Below are positions 9,018 through 18,586 of a stretch of 64,000 nucleotides of DNA, one piece after another; position 1 is the first letter of the stretch, and every line of letters starts with the position of its first letter. The position numbers and the translations under genes were made by a program. The notes beneath the pieces are model-generated. The model saw only the letters and a list, made by a program, of their open reading frames with translations. It made no database searches and was not told the DNA's origin. The DNA comes from Candidatus Hydrogenedentales bacterium (GTDB taxonomy: Bacteria; Hydrogenedentota; Hydrogenedentia; Hydrogenedentales; GCA-2746185), in contig JBCLBO010000002.1 of the NCBI GenBank assembly GCA_038916785.1, forward strand, positions 21,085 through 85,084, read 5' to 3'.

Positions 9018-9252
9018 AGTCTACCAAACCCGCCAACGCGCCCAGCGGGGAAGGTCGCGGGCCCGGCGGGGAGGGTCGCGCTCCCGCGCGACCGGTACCT
9101 GTCGCAGCCTGCGGTCGCGCTCCAGCGGACCCTCCCCGCACGCTACAAACCGTCTCTGCATTTGTTAGAATATGCTCACAGTTGTCACATCACCCGGCAA
9201 CATTCGACCGATCAGCTCACGGATTTCGATACCGAATTTAAGGGACCTCTCA

Positions 9253-10866
9253 ATGCTCAAACGCATCTGCGCATTCGTGTTCATCTCCCTCATCGCTGGC
9301 CCCGCGCTCTGGGCGGACAAACCCGCCTTGGTCGTCTTCATTTCGGTCGATCAATTACGCGGCGATCTCCCCTTGCAGTTTCTGGATCGCTTCGGGCCGG
9401 ACGGATTCCGCCGCTTCTACGACCACGGCACGGCCTACACCAACGCGCACTACGGACACGTCACCACCTACACCGGCTGCGGCCACGCCACGCTCTCCAC
9501 CGGAGGCAATCCGCGCGAGCACGGCATCATCGGCAATGAATGGTTCGACCGGAAAACCGGCAAACAGGTCTATTGCGTGGCCGACGACGACCACAAGCTG
9601 TTGGGCGTCTCGAGCCCCTCGGGAGGCGCCTCGCCAAAGTTCCTCCTCGCGCCCACCCTCGGCGACGCGCTCATCGCGGCCTCGGGCGGACGATCCCGCG
9701 CCTTCAGCGTCTCCGGCAAGGACCGCGCCGGCGTGCTCATGGGCGGCCACAAAGGCAAGGCCTTCTGGTACTACGCCGGCACAGGCACCTTCGTGACCAG
9801 CAGCTACTACTACGACGCCTACCCGCCGTGGGTCGATTCATTCAACGGCGCTGGCCCCGGCGATCGATACGCCGGCAAAGTCTGGGACCTCGTCCGGCCG
9901 GAGAGCGAATACGTCAATCCCGACCTGCGCAAGATCGAATTGCCGAACCCGATCATCGGCGGCGTCTTCCCGCATTCGCTCGCCGGACTCGATCCGAAGA
10001 CGCTCTACGCGACGCTCTCCGTGACACCATTCTCCGACGAGCTCGTGATCGATTTCAGCAAGGCCCTGATCGAAAACGAACAACTGGGTCAGCGCGCCGA
10101 CACAGACTTGCTCATGGTCGGCCTTTCCGCGACGGACATCATCGGCCATCAATTCGGCCCGGAAAGCCGCGAGCAGGAAGACAATTTAATGCGTCTCGAT
10201 GCGCTCCTGGCGAACTTCTTCGCGTTCCTCGACCAGCGATTGGGCAAGGACAAGGTCCTGCTCGCGCTCAGCGCCGATCACGGCGTGGACGGAAATCCCG
10301 GCGGCAATCCCTCCGGCCAGCTCGACCTCACCGGCATGGTCAACACCGTCGAAGCCGCGCTCAAAGAAAAATTCGGCGACCAGGACAAATACGTGCTGGG
10401 CTACAAGGAGCCGTGTCTCTATTTCACGCCGGACGTGACCGAGCGCCGTGCGGGCGAACTCGACGCCATGGAAGACGCCGCCGCCGAAACCCTGCGCAAC
10501 ATGGAGGGCGTGGCGTACGCGATCCCTGCCCACCTCGTGAAAGAGGGCAAACTCGACCCCTCCGATCCGATCATGGAGATGATCAAGCGCTCCTACCGCG
10601 AAGAACTCTCCGGCGATGTCTTCGTGATTCAAAAACAGTACTACCGGGTATTCTCAGAAAAACTCCGCTACACCGCCACCCACGGCTCGCCCTATCCCTA
10701 CGACACCTTCGTGCCAGTCCTCTTCGCCGGTCCCGGCATCGCTGCGCAGCGGCTGGATCGCGCCGTCGGCCCCGAAAGCATCGCCGCCACCCTGGCCGCC
10801 CTCATCGGAATTCCCGCGCCCACCGGCGCGACCGGCCCGGTCTTGAAGGAAGTGGCCGGCAAATAA
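9253..10866 (+). CDS. Alkaline-phosphatase-superfamily enzyme (nucleotide pyrophosphatase/phosphodiesterase-like)
   Basis: Start chosen at MLKRICAFVFISLIAGPALWA (signal peptide). Metal-ligand motifs present: VDQLRGD, GHATLSTGG, TDIIGHQFG, LSADHG. Confidence 0.8.
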   Translation: MLKRICAFVFISLIAGPALWADKPALVVFISVDQLRGDLPLQFLDRFGPDGFRRFYDHGTAYTNAHYGHVTTYTGCGHATLSTGGNPREHGIIGNEWFDRKTGKQVYCVADDDHKLLGVSSPSGGASPKFLLAPTLGDALIAASGGRSRAFSVSGKDRAGVLMGGHKGKAFWYYAGTGTFVTSSYYYDAYPPWVDSFNGAGPGDRYAGKVWDLVRPESEYVNPDLRKIELPNPIIGGVFPHSLAGLDPKTLYATLSVTPFSDELVIDFSKALIENEQLGQRADTDLLMVGLSATDIIGHQFGPESREQEDNLMRLDALLANFFAFLDQRLGKDKVLLALSADHGVDGNPGGNPSGQLDLTGMVNTVEAALKEKFGDQDKYVLGYKEPCLYFTPDVTERRAGELDAMEDAAAETLRNMEGVAYAIPAHLVKEGKLDPSDPIMEMIKRSYREELSGDVFVIQKQYYRVFSEKLRYTATHGSPYPYDTFVPVLFAGPGIAAQRLDRAVGPESIAATLAALIGIPAPTGATGPVLKEVAGK

Positions 10867-10870
10867 GACC

Positions 10871-11096
10871 TATGGGAAGTATGGGAGGAATGGGAGGAAT
10901 GGGAACTATGGGACGGGGGAGCTGTTGAGAAAGCCGAATTTACAAGTTTGTCACGTTCGCTCGACCGTTGAGAAGTCTGTTTTCGTTGGTGTTTTCATCA
11001 AGCGAGTTCGTCATGTAGGTGCCATTTGGATGGAGAACTGGGCTTTTTTCAACAGCTCCACGGGATCCCATTTCTCCCATTACTCCCATACTTCCT
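10871..11096. repeat. Nested intergenic palindrome with 9-nt-periodic arms (ATGGGAGGA type)
   Basis: The left arm (10871-10913) is TATGGGAAG TATGGGAGG AATGGGAGG AATGGGAAC TATGGGAC. The right arm (11066-11096) is its near-complement. An inner arm pair lies at 10919-10935 and 11041-11059 (GAGCTGTTGAGAAAGCC / GGCTTTTTTCAACAGCTC). The core is AT-richer. It sits between convergent genes. Confidence 0.75.
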
Positions 11097-11107
11097 ATCA
11101 ATCTCCT

Positions 11108-11150
11108 CTTCGTTTCCTTCGTTGTCTTCTGTAAAAGCCCCTGTCCCTAC
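11108..11150. repeat. Solitary arm of the GAAACGAAG-type repeat
   Basis: CTTCGTTTCCTTCGTTGTCTTCTGTAAAAGCCCCTGTCC closely parallels 14242-14285 (CCCTTCGTTGCCTTCTGTAAGTCGCCCTGTCC). Confidence 0.6.
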
Positions 11151-12781
11151 TTCACCGTCTTGGCCGCGTAGCCGGAAAACCGCTCGCGCAGTTCCGTCTT
11201 CTTGAACTTGCCCACGCTCGTCTTCGGCACTTCGTCAATAAACACCACGCCGTCCGGGATCCACCACTTCGCCACTTTATCGGACAGGTACTTCTTGATG
11301 TCCTCTTCGCTGCACGTGTGCCCCTTCTTCAGCACCACGCACGCCAGCGGGCGCTCGTCCCACTTCGGGTGCGGAATCGCGATCACCGCCGCCTCCGCCA
11401 CCGCCGGGTGACCCATGATCGCGTTCTCGAGGTCCACCGAACTGATCCACTCGCCGCCGGACTTCACGAGGTCCTTCGCGCGGTCCTGAATCTTGATGTA
11501 GCCGATCTCGTCAATGCTCACAATGTCGCCCGTCTTGAACCAGCCGTCGTCCGTGAATCGGTCGGTCGCATCCGGCCGGTTGTAGTACGCGCTCGAAACC
11601 CACGGCCCGCGCACTTCGAGTTCGCCCATCGTCTTGCCGTCCCAAGGGATGATCCCCGCGTCCGACCGGCCGCGAATCTCCACCAGCGGCACGGGCGTGC
11701 CCTGCATCGCGCGATACTCGTACTGCAACTCCCCGCTCTTCGTGCGCAGTTCGCTGTTCAAGTTCGACACCGTCCCCATCGGCGAGAGTTCCGTCATGCC
11801 CCAGGCCTGGATAATCGTCAGTCCGTGGCGCTCCTGCATGTTCTTCATCAGGCTCACCGGCACCGCCGACCCGCCGACGATCATCGTCCGCAATTTCTTC
11901 AGGTTATACTTGCCGGGATCTGCATCCAGCGCCGCCAGCAACCCTTGCCAAATGGTCGGTACGCCGGCCGTAATCGTCACGTTCTCTTTCTCGAAGTCCT
12001 CCAACAAACTCGCCACGTCGAGGAATGGGCCCGGAAACACAATCTTCGGCCCCGCCATTGCCGCGGCGTAGGGCAGGCCCCACGCGTTCGCGTGGAACAT
12101 CGGCACCACCGGCAGCAGACAGTCCGCCTCGCGCAAATCGTGCACGTCGGACATCATCGCCGCCAGCGAATGCAGCACCATCGATCGGTGCGAATACAGC
12201 ACACCCTTGGGCCGCCCCGTCGTGCCGGAGGTGTAGCACATCGCCGCGGCCTGCCTCTCGCGCAACTTCAGCGTGGAGTAGTCGAACTTTTTCTCGTCCT
12301 CCGCGGCGAGCAACTGCTCGTAATCCAGCATCCCCTTCGGCAGCTCCGAGCCGCTCGACCGGATCATGATGTAATGCTGCGCCTTGATCTTCTCTTTGAA
12401 TTGCTTGAGCAGCGGCAGCAACGATTCATCGAAAATGATCGCGCGGTCGCTCCCGTCGTTCGCGATGTACTCCAGATCGTCCGGATGCAGACGAAGGTTC
12501 AGCGTGTGCAAAATGCTGCCGATGATCGGAATCGCAAAGTACGCCTCGAAGTGTTGGTAGTGGTTCCAGCACAGCGTCCCCACCGCCTCGTCCGGCTTGA
12601 TGCCCAAGCGCCGCAGCGCCAGCGCCAGCTTCTTCGTCCGCTTCACCATGTCCCCATAGGTGTACCGGTGAAACGACTTGTCCGGCAGCCGCGTGACGAT
12701 CTCCTTCTTGTAAAAATGCTGCTCCGCCCGCCGCAACACCGCGTCCAGCGTCAACTCGAAATCCATCATCAAGCCGTCCAT
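11147..12781 (-). CDS. AMP-dependent acyl-CoA synthetase (fatty-acid--CoA ligase family)
   Basis: AMP-binding motif MCYTSGTTGRPKG, later GWFKTGD, and the ...VGKFKK C-terminal lysine region. 544 aa. Confidence 0.85.
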   Translation of the reverse strand: MDGLMMDFELTLDAVLRRAEQHFYKKEIVTRLPDKSFHRYTYGDMVKRTKKLALALRRLGIKPDEAVGTLCWNHYQHFEAYFAIPIIGSILHTLNLRLHPDDLEYIANDGSDRAIIFDESLLPLLKQFKEKIKAQHYIMIRSSGSELPKGMLDYEQLLAAEDEKKFDYSTLKLRERQAAAMCYTSGTTGRPKGVLYSHRSMVLHSLAAMMSDVHDLREADCLLPVVPMFHANAWGLPYAAAMAGPKIVFPGPFLDVASLLEDFEKENVTITAGVPTIWQGLLAALDADPGKYNLKKLRTMIVGGSAVPVSLMKNMQERHGLTIIQAWGMTELSPMGTVSNLNSELRTKSGELQYEYRAMQGTPVPLVEIRGRSDAGIIPWDGKTMGELEVRGPWVSSAYYNRPDATDRFTDDGWFKTGDIVSIDEIGYIKIQDRAKDLVKSGGEWISSVDLENAIMGHPAVAEAAVIAIPHPKWDERPLACVVLKKGHTCSEEDIKKYLSDKVAKWWIPDGVVFIDEVPKTSVGKFKKTELRERFSGYAAKTVK

Positions 12782-13398
12782 GCGATCTCCTCACCTCGGT
12801 ATCGAGCAATAAATACAGGCCCAAGCCCCTGAAAAATAGCAGATGGCCCGCACGTGGTCAACGCACGGGCCACCTAAATTTTACCCCGTAAATCCTGTCT
12901 ATGCCCTTCGCGCTTCACCCGAACATAGCCGACGGATTGATCTCAACGTTCGTCATTGCGAGGAGGTCGCGCCGGAATCTCCCATCAAATACTCGATACT
13001 CCGTTCGCGGCCGACGAAGCAATCTCATCAACCGATCGCCCCGCCCCTCGCCGCGCGGCCATCCGCACAATCCCGAATCTAAAGCGTCGCCCTAACAGGA
13101 GTTCAAACTGGTCAACCCTATGCGAAGCCGCATCATAACCCTATGAACTGCAACGTGTTATAACCAAATTGCATCGCGTACCCCTTGTTTCGCACCGCCA
13201 TCCCAGCCTCCAATGGCAACAAAATTCCCAGACCTATAAGGGCCGACTCGGCGGCGGGCCCGCCCGGCGGCGCGGGTGCGCGTGCATCGCGAGCAGGGTC
13301 GTGCTGCATCCCCGGCGGCCGAAAAACCCGCCCTTGGCGGGCCGCCGCCGATCAGTCAGAATGCGTAAAGCAAAGCGGACGGGCTAGACGGAGATCGA

Positions 13399-14106
13399 AT
13401 GGAAAATGGCGCGAAAAAATCCCCCGCGGTCGTGCTACTCAGCGGCGGGATGGACTCCTCCGTTCTCCTGCATCACGTCGTGCGCGAATTGCGGCGCTCG
13501 CCCGTGCACGCGATCAGCTTCGACTACGGCCAACGCCACCGGCGCGAACTTGACGCGGCGGCATGGCAGGCAAAGCACGCCGGCGTGGAGGTACACCAAA
13601 TCATCGACATGTCCTTTCTCGGCGGCTTGATCAAAGGCGGCACCTCGCTCGTCACCGGCGGCGCAGACGTCCCCGATCTCGCGGCGCTCTCCCCCGCCTC
13701 GCTCGACCAGCCGCCGACCTACGTCCCCAACCGAAACATGATCCTGCTCGCGCTCGCCGCGGCCTATGCCGAGGCCCACGGCGTCCGCGACATCTTCTAC
13801 GGCGCGCAGGCGCACGACGAATACGGATACTGGGACTGCACCCCGGAATTCCTCTCGCGCATCAACGCGACCCTCGCGCTGAACCGTCGCGACGCCGTCA
13901 CAGTCCACGCGCCGCTCATCGACAAGCGCAAATCGGAACTCGTCCGCATGGGCCGCGCGCTCGGGGTCGACTTCGCGCGCACCTGGAGCTGCTACCGCGG
14001 CGGCGACAAAGCCTGTGGCGCCTGCCCCACCTGCGTCGAGCGCCTCAAAGCCTTCGCAGAAGCGGGATACATCGATCCACTTACCTACGTGCAGATTCTG
14101 ACCTAA
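13399..14106 (+). CDS. queC: 7-cyano-7-deazaguanine synthase
   Basis: PP-loop AVVLLSGGMDSS and the C-terminal zinc cluster CYRGGDKACGACPTCVERLKAF. Confidence 0.9.
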   Translation: MENGAKKSPAVVLLSGGMDSSVLLHHVVRELRRSPVHAISFDYGQRHRRELDAAAWQAKHAGVEVHQIIDMSFLGGLIKGGTSLVTGGADVPDLAALSPASLDQPPTYVPNRNMILLALAAAYAEAHGVRDIFYGAQAHDEYGYWDCTPEFLSRINATLALNRRDAVTVHAPLIDKRKSELVRMGRALGVDFARTWSCYRGGDKACGACPTCVERLKAFAEAGYIDPLTYVQILT

Positions 14107-14116
14107 GAGCGTTTTA

Positions 14117-14268
14117 CAGAAGGAAACGAAGAGAACGAAGAACTGATTCATTGCGATTGCTTGGCGGTAGGGCAAAAAAATGCCAAGTAGAATTGATCTA
14201 TCAGTGTTTTGTCTCAATCGAACCGCGCGTGGAATTAAGCGGTTCTTTGTTCCCTTCGTTGCCTTCTG
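14117..14268. repeat. Nested intergenic palindrome with 9-nt-periodic arms (GAAACGAAG type)
   Basis: The left arm CAGAAGGAAACGAAGAGAACGAAGAAC (14117-14143) and the right arm GTTCTTTGTTCCCTTCGTTGCCTTCTG (14242-14268) flank an AT-rich core of about 100 bp. Confidence 0.7.
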
Positions 14269-14364
14269 TAAGTCGCCCTGTCCGCGTTGCGCCGCGCCCC
14301 GCTGTACGATAGGCTACTTGTTTCCGGGGCAACAGCCCTCAAATCCATTGGGAGGATAGGTTCC

Positions 14365-15213
14365 ATGCGTATGACACTCTTGGCCCTCGTGCTCGTTGCC
14401 GCGCCGGCCTTCGGCCAGGAACTGAAAATCGTCGTCACTCCGGTCGCGGGCCCCGTCTCCATGATCGAAGGCCGCGGCGGCAACATCGGCATCTCCAGCG
14501 GCGAAGACGGCATGCTGATGATCGACACGCAATACGCGAACATCTCCGGGCCCATCGAGGATGCCATGAATAAAATCGGGCCCGGACCGCTGAAATTCAT
14601 CCTCAGCACCCACTTCCACGACGACCACACCAGCGGAAACATCCACTTCGGACAGAAAGCGCCGGTCGTCGCGCAGGAAAACGTGCGCACCCGGATGATC
14701 GGCACTAAGGACCTCACTGACGCCAAAATCCGAAACAGCCTGCCCACCGTGACCTACGCCGAGACGGCCTCCGTTCATTTCAACGGCGAGGCACTCAAAC
14801 TGGTCCACCTGCCCAAAGGGCACACCGACGGCGACACGTTAATCTTCTTCACCCAGTCGAACGTGGTCCACACCGGCGACCAATTCACCAACGGTATGTA
14901 CCCCTTCATCGACACCAAGGGCGGCGGGTCGGTAGACGGCTACCTCGAAAACGTCGCCAAGATGATCGCCATGATTCCCGACGACGCCAAAATCATCCCG
15001 GGTCACGGACCGCTCGCCACGAAGAAGGATCTGCTGACCTTCCAAGCAACGCTGACCGACACCATCGGCAGCATCCGCAAAGCCGCCGCCGCCGGAAAAT
15101 CGCTGGAAGACGTGCAGACCGCCGGCCTCCCCGCGAAGTATGACTCCTGGGGAAAGGCCTTCGTAAGCACAAAATCCTGGATCACCATCGTCTACGGGAG
15201 TTCCCCCAAATAA
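14365..15213 (+). CDS. Secreted MBL-fold metallo-hydrolase
   Basis: Start chosen at MRMTLLALVLVAAPAFG, with SD GGAGGA upstream. HFHDDHTSGN is the HxHxDH motif. Confidence 0.8.
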   Translation: MRMTLLALVLVAAPAFGQELKIVVTPVAGPVSMIEGRGGNIGISSGEDGMLMIDTQYANISGPIEDAMNKIGPGPLKFILSTHFHDDHTSGNIHFGQKAPVVAQENVRTRMIGTKDLTDAKIRNSLPTVTYAETASVHFNGEALKLVHLPKGHTDGDTLIFFTQSNVVHTGDQFTNGMYPFIDTKGGGSVDGYLENVAKMIAMIPDDAKIIPGHGPLATKKDLLTFQATLTDTIGSIRKAAAAGKSLEDVQTAGLPAKYDSWGKAFVSTKSWITIVYGSSPK

Positions 15214-15365
15214 TCGCGATCGCCCTTCGTAGTGACGACCTCCGTAGGGGCGGCCCCCCGTGGCCGCCCATCTCGAGACTCCGTTTTTCGTGGCGGGCCG
15301 CCGCCGCCGCAACAGCCGCGCTGGCCGCGCTCATACTGCGTCCCGCCGCCGCTCACGCGAATGAC

Positions 15366-16172
15366 ATGAAACTGACCTCTGGCTTTGTCGAAAGCGGCGG
15401 CGAGCAAATCTATTACGAAACCCTCGGCACCGGCGATCCCGTCGTACTCTCGCACGGCCTCGGCGGGAACCATGCCATCTGGTTTCAGCAAGTCCCCGTC
15501 CTCGCCACGCAATTCCAGGTCATCACCTGGGACCAGCGCGGATTTGGACGTTCGACCGATGCGCAGAAGCAATCGGGGCCCGTTGCTGCCGTCGAAGATC
15601 TCAAGGCTGTGCTCGACCATCTAAAGATCACGCGCGCGCACCTCGTTGGCCAATCCATGGGCGGCTGGGCCGTGATGGGCTTCGCGCTGAAGTATCCCGA
15701 GCGCGTCGACCGGCTCGTCCTCGCGGACACGATCGCCGGCATCTACACGCCCGAGGCGGCTGCACACTTCGACGCCTACATCCGCGAGGCCGCCACCTCG
15801 CCGACGCCGGACCAAATGGAGTACACGCGCCACCCGGCGCTCGGTAACCAGCTCGGCGCTGCGAACCCGGCGCAAGCCTTCCTCTACCGCGAAATCGCCA
15901 GCGTCGCACCGCCGGCGCCGACGGGCATGGGCCTGAAACTGCGGCAGACGGCCTACCCGATGGACCAGGTTCGTAAATTGAATGTGCCGGTGCTCTTCGT
16001 CGTCGGTGAGCACGACCTGATCTTCTCCCCGGCTTCCATACGGTCGGTGGCCGCCGAGGTGAAGGGCGCGCGCGTCGTCGAGTTGCCGGCCGCGGGGCAT
16101 TCCCCGTATTTTGAGACGCCGATAGCTTGGAATGAGGCCGTGAGCGCGTTCCTGACGGTTTCAACCAATTGA
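15366..16172 (+). CDS. Alpha/beta-fold hydrolase
   Basis: HGLGGN oxyanion region and the GQSMGG nucleophile elbow. A C-terminal GHSPYFE histidine region is present. Confidence 0.8.
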   Translation: MKLTSGFVESGGEQIYYETLGTGDPVVLSHGLGGNHAIWFQQVPVLATQFQVITWDQRGFGRSTDAQKQSGPVAAVEDLKAVLDHLKITRAHLVGQSMGGWAVMGFALKYPERVDRLVLADTIAGIYTPEAAAHFDAYIREAATSPTPDQMEYTRHPALGNQLGAANPAQAFLYREIASVAPPAPTGMGLKLRQTAYPMDQVRKLNVPVLFVVGEHDLIFSPASIRSVAAEVKGARVVELPAAGHSPYFETPIAWNEAVSAFLTVSTN

Positions 16173-16225
16173 GCGCCCAGGTAGTCCAACGCGGGGGATG
16201 GTTTCCCTCGAATAGGAGCACGACA

Positions 16226-17014
16226 ATGGCTGGACGGATCATTCAACTCATCGTGGTTTGCATCTCGGCGGTGCTGCTTGCCGGGTGCCTCAATGTGCGG
16301 GTACATGACAACGAAGTCAGCGTCGAAAAAGACATGACCCACGCCGACAACGGCTTCTACGCCTTCCGCACCAACGTGGACGGTGACTCCTGGCCCGCCG
16401 TGGTCTACGTGCCCGCGGGCTACACGCCGGACAAGGAATGGCCGCTGGTCGTCTTCCTGCACGGCATAGGAGAGCGCGGCGCCGACGGCTGGAAGCAGGC
16501 CGAAGTCGGCATCGGCCGCGCGATTCGCCTCAGCCCGGATCGCTTCCCCGCGCTCGTCGTGATGCCGCAGTGCGCGACCAGCACCACCTGGAGTTCGGCG
16601 GACAATCCCAGCGGCGCGCCCTCTTGGAAGCACATCGATTCCGCGATCGAGTACGTGAAACAGCACTACCGCGTAGACGAAAAACACGTCGCCCTCACCG
16701 GCCTCTCGATGGGCGGCTTCGGCACCTTCCGCTACGGCGCGATGCGCGCGGACCAGTTCAGCGCCTTCATGCCGGTCTGCGGCGGCGGCAACGTGTCGGA
16801 CGCCAAGGAACTCGCGCGCCGGCCGCTCTGGGCCTTTCACGGCCTCGCGGACACGACCGTGAAGCCGGAACTCTCACGCCGGATGGTGGACGCCGTGAAA
16901 GCGGCAGGCGGCTCGGCGCAACTCACCGAGTACGAAGGCGTGGGCCACAACAGTTGGGACAATGCCTACGCCGATCCCGAAGCGATCCAGTGGCTGCTCG
17001 CGCAGTCGCTCTGA
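16226..17014 (+). CDS. Lipoprotein esterase/peptidase of the alpha/beta-hydrolase fold
   Basis: Start chosen at MAGRIIQLIVVCISAVLLAGC (lipobox). Motifs: FLHGIGERG, GLSMGG, FHGLADTTV, GVGHNSW. Confidence 0.75.
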   Translation: MAGRIIQLIVVCISAVLLAGCLNVRVHDNEVSVEKDMTHADNGFYAFRTNVDGDSWPAVVYVPAGYTPDKEWPLVVFLHGIGERGADGWKQAEVGIGRAIRLSPDRFPALVVMPQCATSTTWSSADNPSGAPSWKHIDSAIEYVKQHYRVDEKHVALTGLSMGGFGTFRYGAMRADQFSAFMPVCGGGNVSDAKELARRPLWAFHGLADTTVKPELSRRMVDAVKAAGGSAQLTEYEGVGHNSWDNAYADPEAIQWLLAQSL

Positions 17015-17182
17015 TACGCATCCTGGAGACTCCCAGCCTCGAAGCGGACTCGTTAATCGACGATTCACAGCGTGGTTTATTTGCGGCGCCCATTTCCCAG
17101 TGCGCCACAATGCCGATACCCATCCGTTCGGTATCGCCGGCGGCAAGTCAGCATGCGCGTCCGTGCAGGCGGGTCGCCCATG

Positions 17183-18199
17183 CTACGGCCGGCGCGCCCA
17201 CATGACCACGTTGAAGGGGTAGAGCCGCAGCGCGAGCGGGCCGATTGCCGCGAGCAGGGTGGCGCGCAGGGCCGGCTGATCGAGCGCCGCGTAGGCGACG
17301 CGGCGGCCCAACGTGAGATTCGCGGACTGCGTTCTTCTCGCCGCGATCTTTTCGGCGATGCCGGCCGGGCTGATCTCGAAGTGGAGATCGAGTCCGGCGG
17401 CGGTGGCGAACGAGCGCCACTCGTGGAGCCTATATATGTGTTCGTTGAAACCGTCGGAGATATCTTCTTTTCCGAAAGCTTCGATGCGTTTGCGCTCGAA
17501 GCGGCCGGCGACAGGTTCGTTGACGAACACGGCGCGGCCGCCGGGCTTGAGCGCGCGGGCGATCTCTGCGAAGGTGCGCCCGAGGTCGGGGCTGTGGTGG
17601 AGCGCGGCGTTAGCGAAGACGATGTCGAAGCGCCCCGAGGCGACAGGCAGCGCGGTCATGTCGCCAAGGACGCGATCGAAGTAGCGGGAGTCGCTCTGGA
17701 GGAAGCGGCTGCGCGGGAGATATAGCCGCGAAATGTCGACGGCGATCGCCCGGCACCCGCGATCAGCGAGCATCGCGGTCGTCCAGGCCATGCCCGCGCC
17801 GACGTCGAGCGCGACGTCGCCCGCGCGGGGCCGGAGCGCTTCCAGCGCGTAGCGCACGACGGGCGCCTGTTCGGCGGTCGTCGCGAAACCTTCGGGGAGG
17901 CTGCGGATGAAGGCACCCAGGCGCGCGTCGTCGTGGACAAGCGAGGCGTAATCCTGCGACCCGGTGAGCGTGCGATCCTCGACGGATTGCTGCGCCGCGA
18001 GTTCCTTTTCCACGATCGCGGACGGGGCCGGACAGAGATTGCAGGTACCCTGCACCAACGGAAATCGGCTCGTGCAGCTTGCGCACTCGAGCGTACCGGA
18101 CTCCACTTCGATGGCATTCGCCCGCCCTTCATTCAGCGATAGCGTCGCCTCGGCCAGACAAACTGGGCAACGCAGGAGCGCAAGGAGTGGCGAGCGCAT
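17183..18199 (-). CDS. Class I SAM-dependent methyltransferase with N-terminal zinc-ribbon (Trm112-like)
   Basis: Start chosen at MRSPLLALLRCPVC. A second Cys pair lies at CASCTS. SAM motif I is VALDVGAGMAW. Confidence 0.75.
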   Translation of the reverse strand: MRSPLLALLRCPVCLAEATLSLNEGRANAIEVESGTLECASCTSRFPLVQGTCNLCPAPSAIVEKELAAQQSVEDRTLTGSQDYASLVHDDARLGAFIRSLPEGFATTAEQAPVVRYALEALRPRAGDVALDVGAGMAWTTAMLADRGCRAIAVDISRLYLPRSRFLQSDSRYFDRVLGDMTALPVASGRFDIVFANAALHHSPDLGRTFAEIARALKPGGRAVFVNEPVAGRFERKRIEAFGKEDISDGFNEHIYRLHEWRSFATAAGLDLHFEISPAGIAEKIAARRTQSANLTLGRRVAYAALDQPALRATLLAAIGPLALRLYPFNVVMWARRP

Positions 18200-18295
18200 C
18201 GGGACCTCATCGTGAGTGCGGTCACGCCACGCTAGCAATCGAGCAGCGACCAGTCAATGAATGGCCGTCTCTGCCGTCGCGCGTGATATCCTTGG

Positions 18296-18586
18296 GTGGG
18301 ACAACATAGGTGTGGCGCTCGAATGACGGAACGATCTGACACGGACCGGGCCAGTACGCTAGCCGATCAACACGAGCAATTGAAGCGCTGGGTGCAAACG
18401 TGGCGAGTGGCGGGTGTTGAGTTGGAGCATATCCGCCGCGAAGAGTTGCGCGCGCTTGACGGGTATCGGGCCATCGAGTTGTTATGCGGACCCGCCGATT
18501 ACACGGTTCCTCCCCGGGCGCCAAAGCCGACGTCGGGATTGGTCGAACAGCAGCACTGGTTCATGAAAGTCGGCCGGCGTGATTGA
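18296..18586 (+). CDS. Small protein of unknown function, upstream partner of the nucleotidyltransferase
   Basis: 96-aa ORF (an alternative start, MTERSD, lies at 18323). It overlaps the next gene by 8 nt. I recognise no motif. Confidence 0.4.
   Translation: MGQHRCGARMTERSDTDRASTLADQHEQLKRWVQTWRVAGVELEHIRREELRALDGYRAIELLCGPADYTVPPRAPKPTSGLVEQQHWFMKVGRRD

Noticed and set aside
9018-9252. Possible Pho box upstream of the alkaline-phosphatase-family gene (TCACAGTTGTCACATCAC)
   Set aside because: There is only a weak half-match to CTGTCAT-N4-CTGTCAT, and no second properly spaced repeat.
10871-10913. Tandem 9-nt repeats as a possible CRISPR or coding Gly-Met repeat
   Set aside because: The units are contiguous with no spacers and far shorter than CRISPR repeats. 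The MGGMGGMG reading has no start context and lies after the stop of the phosphatase gene. A complementary arm 150 bp away explains it as a palindrome arm.
12843-13398. preQ1 riboswitch upstream of queC
   Set aside because: No small hairpin followed by the conserved A-rich tail/CTA motif was seen. The region is instead occupied by degenerate repeat units.
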